Shown: piece by piece, positions 61,340-64,000 of the stretch | How positions within the stretch are numbered: the first letter of the stretch is position 1 | Layout: each line of letters opens with the position of its first letter | Assembly: GCA_963725865.1 (NCBI GenBank) | Contig: CAVSAC010000014.1 | Coordinates: 1,568,001 to 1,632,000 of the forward strand | From: Candidatus Eiseniibacteriota bacterium | GTDB lineage: Bacteria; Eisenbacteria; RBG-16-71-46 | DNA: 64,000 nt | Reading direction: 5' to 3' | Program-made: the position numbers and the translations under genes | Notes under the pieces: model-generated | The model's database searches: none | Told to the model about the DNA's origin: nothing | The model's input: the letters and a program-made list of their open reading frames with translations, nothing else

Positions 61340-61975
61340 ATGTCCCCCGCTTCACCCGCCCACGCCGGACCCTGGATGCGCATCGATGCCGTGGACCGTC
61401 GAGCCCCGCAGCCCGAGTGGATCATGGCCCCGTGGTCGCTGCCGATCTGGCTCGGCGGCCTGCTGTGGGGCTGGTGGCAGCACGCGGCCGCCGAGCTGGC
61501 GGCCCATGCGGGCGGTCACCTGCCGCGCGCGGGCGTGCCGCTGGCCGCGCTGGTGGCCGGCGCGGTCGCGATCAAGGTGGCCGGCTGGCTCATCGAGGCC
61601 GCGTTCTACCGGGCCGTCTGGGCGAGCGCGGGCGCCCGGCTGGCGTACTGGCGACTGGCGATCGCGCTGGGGTCGTTCTCCGTCGCCGACCTGCTCGCGC
61701 ACACGCTACGCGGCGTGAAGGCGTGGGCGCACTCGCCCGTCATGGGGGCACTGGTCGGTCCGACCCCGGCATCCGGCGCCGACTTGCTGGCGTCGGTGGT
61801 GGCCGGCTTCGGACTGTGCGCGATCGCGCGTATCGTGTGCACGGCGCTCGTGCAGGCGCGCGCGTTGCGGCGTCCGCTCGCGCTCCCGCTCGCGCTCACG
61901 CTGGCGGCGGTCGCCATCACCCGGCTGGCGTCCGCGCTGCTCGTGGACCTGGCCCGCGGAAGGAGCCCGCTGTGA
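61340..61975 (+). CDS. Hypothetical multi-TM membrane protein (possibly Yip1-like; candidate immunity/export factor)
   Basis: About five hydrophobic helices; its stop overlaps the next GTG. Start uncertain (61226/61340/61376). Confidence 0.55.
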   Translation: MSPASPAHAGPWMRIDAVDRRAPQPEWIMAPWSLPIWLGGLLWGWWQHAAAELAAHAGGHLPRAGVPLAALVAGAVAIKVAGWLIEAAFYRAVWASAGARLAYWRLAIALGSFSVADLLAHTLRGVKAWAHSPVMGALVGPTPASGADLLASVVAGFGLCAIARIVCTALVQARALRRPLALPLALTLAAVAITRLASALLVDLARGRSPL

Positions 61976-62460
61976 CCGCTCGCGAACCGTCCGCAGCCTC
62001 TCCGCTGGCCAGCTGGTCGGGCGCCATCGGGGCGGCGTTGATCGTGCTCTCGCTGGTGGGGCTGGTGGTGCTGTGGACGTGGGACCGCACGCATCACTTC
62101 GAGACCCCGCGCTTCGAGGTCGCGCGCTTCGTCCCGCTGACGCGTGCGGGCGACGCCCCGGCGCGCGCGCGCTGGGTGGTCGCGGTCAATCCCGACTGCC
62201 CGCGCTGCCAGGACCAGTTCCCGGCGATCGCCCAACGCCACGCCGCGTCCGCGCCCGGGACCGCGCTCGAGGTGCTGCTGGTGGACGCCGCGCATCGCCC
62301 GCCGCCCGCGGCACTCGCGGCGTTCCCGTCGGAGCGGGCGTGGTGGGACTCCGCGGGGGTTTGGCGCCACGCCTGGGGCCACCGCGTCTACTCCGAGGTG
62401 CTGCGCTTCCGCGCCGACGGCACCCTCATCGCGACCGACCCGCCCCCGCGGGAGGAATAG
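61972..62460 (+). CDS. Membrane-anchored thioredoxin-like CxxC protein
   Basis: GTG after AGGAG; N-terminal TM; 'WVVAVNPDCPRCQDQF'. Confidence 0.65.
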   Translation: MTAREPSAASPLASWSGAIGAALIVLSLVGLVVLWTWDRTHHFETPRFEVARFVPLTRAGDAPARARWVVAVNPDCPRCQDQFPAIAQRHAASAPGTALEVLLVDAAHRPPPAALAAFPSERAWWDSAGVWRHAWGHRVYSEVLRFRADGTLIATDPPPREE

Positions 62461-62537
62461 CGGCGCCGGCAACCCGCGGCGTGTCGCCCCCGCATCGATG
62501 CCCCCGCGCCCATCCGCCCCCGCGCTGGGAGATCCCC

Positions 62538-62777
62538 ATGTTGCGTCACCGCCGTCCGCACGCGTGGCTCGCGCTCGCGTGCCTCGTCCTCGCCCTCCAG
62601 TCCGCGCCCGCGCACGCCGCCGCCGGCCGCGCGGCGGCACCGACCGGAGTGATGAACGTCCTCAAGTACGGCTCCTGCGCGATGTCCGTCGCCGGATTCA
62701 CCGATCCCCTGGGTGCGGTCGTCGCGTTCCTGGTCTGCGCCCGCCTGCTCGTCGAGGAAGTTCAGCGGACGGGCTAG
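62538..62777 (+). CDS. Small secreted two-Cys hydrophobic peptide A (79 aa)
   Basis: GGGAGA RBS; signal peptide ending PAHA; mature region YGSC-x19-CA. Confidence 0.65.
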   Translation: MLRHRRPHAWLALACLVLALQSAPAHAAAGRAAAPTGVMNVLKYGSCAMSVAGFTDPLGAVVAFLVCARLLVEEVQRTG

Positions 62778-62802
62778 CGCGCCGTCCTCGGAGGATTCCG
62801 TC

Positions 62803-63060
62803 ATGAGACTCATCCGTCTGCCGCTGGCGCTCGCGCTGGCGGCCGCCCTGACCCTCGCCTCGATTCCCGTTCCGTCCCGTGCCGCGCCCGTGACGCCGCC
62901 GCCCAGCCCCGACACGGCCGCCGGCGTGTACGCCGCGGTCGGCTGCGGGATCGGCATCAAGCTCAGCATCCTGTCCATCGGCGACCCGGTCATCGTGGCG
63001 ATCACCGTCACCATGTGCGCGATGATGATCAAGGACGCCTGGGACACGCCGGACCGCTGA
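62803..63060 (+). CDS. Small secreted two-Cys hydrophobic peptide B (85 aa)
   Basis: GGAGGA RBS; signal peptide ending PSRA; mature region VGC-x23-CA. Confidence 0.7.
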   Translation: MRLIRLPLALALAAALTLASIPVPSRAAPVTPPPSPDTAAGVYAAVGCGIGIKLSILSIGDPVIVAITVTMCAMMIKDAWDTPDR

Positions 63061-63116
63061 TCCACTCGTCCGCCGCGGAGGCCGACCGCGGCGGACGCGG
63101 TGCTATCCTGTCGCGC

Positions 63117-64000
63117 GTGCCACCGACCATCGCCGTAGCCATCGAGCACGCCCTCGACCGCCTCGCCTCGCACGGTTCACCGCGCGCCGAGGCAGAGGAG
63201 CTGCTCAGCCGCCTGCTCGACCTCAAGCGCACCGAGCTCTACCTGGAGCGCGAGTACGACATGGCCGCGGCGGACGGCGAGCGCTTCGACGAGTGGGTGG
63301 AGCGCCGGGTGCGCGGCGAGCCGATCCAGTACATCACGGGTCGCGCGGCGTTCCGCCACCTCGACCTGGAGGTGCGGCCGGGCGTGCTGATCCCGCGGCC
63401 CGAGACCGAAGGACTCGTCGAGGCGGTGCTCGGCGTGCTGCGGGCCGAGGCCGTGCGCTGGCCGCAGCCGCGGGTGCTCGACCTCGGCACCGGCTCGGGA
63501 GCGATCGCGCTGGCGATCGCGCACGAGTGGCCGGCCGCGCGCGTGGTGGCCACCGACGCCAGCCCGCAGGCGCTCGCGGTCGCGAGCGACAACCTCGAGC
63601 GGCTGGGGCCGGCGGACCGCGTCACGCTGGCGCACGGCGACTGGTTCGACGCCGTCGGGGGCGACGACCGCTTCGAGGTGGTGGTCTCCAATCCTCCCTA
63701 CGTGGCCGAGTCCGAGTGGCCGGACCTGCCCGTCGACGTGCGCGACCACGAGCCGCGCGGGGCGCTGGTGGGGGGCGCGAGCGGCAACGACGACCTGCGC
63801 CGGATCGTGGCCGATGCCCCGCGGCACCTGGTCGCGGGCGGGCTGCTGGCGCTGGAGCTGGCCGAACAGCGCGCCGAGCAGGTGCTCGCCTGGTTCGAAG
63901 GCGCCCACGAATGGACCGATGCCGAGCTGCGCGACGACCTCGCGAGCCGCCCGCGCGTGCTGCTGGCGCGGCGCGCCAGCGGGCCGGCGATCGCGCCCGC
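63117..64000 (+). CDS. prmC: Release factor glutamine methyltransferase PrmC/HemK (runs off window)
   Basis: Manual translation from GTG 63117: ...RRVRGEPIQYITG...VLIPRPETE...VLDLGTGSGAIA...VVSNPPYV. Confidence 0.95.
   Translation, partial: MPPTIAVAIEHALDRLASHGSPRAEAEELLSRLLDLKRTELYLEREYDMAAADGERFDEWVERRVRGEPIQYITGRAAFRHLDLEVRPGVLIPRPETEGLVEAVLGVLRAEAVRWPQPRVLDLGTGSGAIALAIAHEWPAARVVATDASPQALAVASDNLERLGPADRVTLAHGDWFDAVGGDDRFEVVVSNPPYVAESEWPDLPVDVRDHEPRGALVGGASGNDDLRRIVADAPRHLVAGGLLALELAEQRAEQVLAWFEGAHEWTDAELRDDLASRPRVLLARRASGPAIAP

Overview
A 64-kb window of very GC-rich bacterial chromosome, apparently from a diderm (lpxH, Omp85-type and PorV-like barrels, lipoproteins). PorV-like and FlgD-like C-terminal domains plus a C-terminal 'TWGxLKxxYR' motif suggest an FCB-associated candidate phylum such as Eisenbacteria or Latescibacterota; this is inference only. 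Housekeeping genes include squalene/phytoene synthase (partial), ctaA-ctaB, tRNA-fMet, ftsB-like, eno, rlmN, ppx/gppA, lpxH, degP-like, an amidase, lpdA, rho, rpmE, prfA and prmC (partial). Regulators are one ECF sigma/anti-sigma module and three sigma-54 activators. No CRISPR array, transposase or integrase was seen. Three candidates stand out. (1) 21.5-29.4 kb: a small secreted peptide gene, then a 1033-aa TPR-GAF-AAA+-HTH sigma-54 activator, then a sigma-54 promoter whose predicted +1 coincides with the start of a ~320-365-nt highly base-paired region with no credible ORF (candidate novel ncRNA), then a second consensus sigma-54 promoter in front of lipoprotein, DUF4384-like and PorV-like genes. 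This looks like a peptide-sensing sigma-54/sRNA circuit. (2) 41.8-44.6 kb: three secreted proteins share a C-terminal TWGxLKxxYR motif, a candidate sorting signal, next to a histidine kinase and sigma-54 response regulator. (3) 61.3-63.1 kb: a cassette between prfA and prmC encodes two related secreted two-Cys hydrophobic peptides (DP-x9-CA), a membrane-anchored CxxC protein and a membrane protein, resembling a bacteriocin/toxin locus. All family assignments come from motif recognition by eye; no database searches were run.
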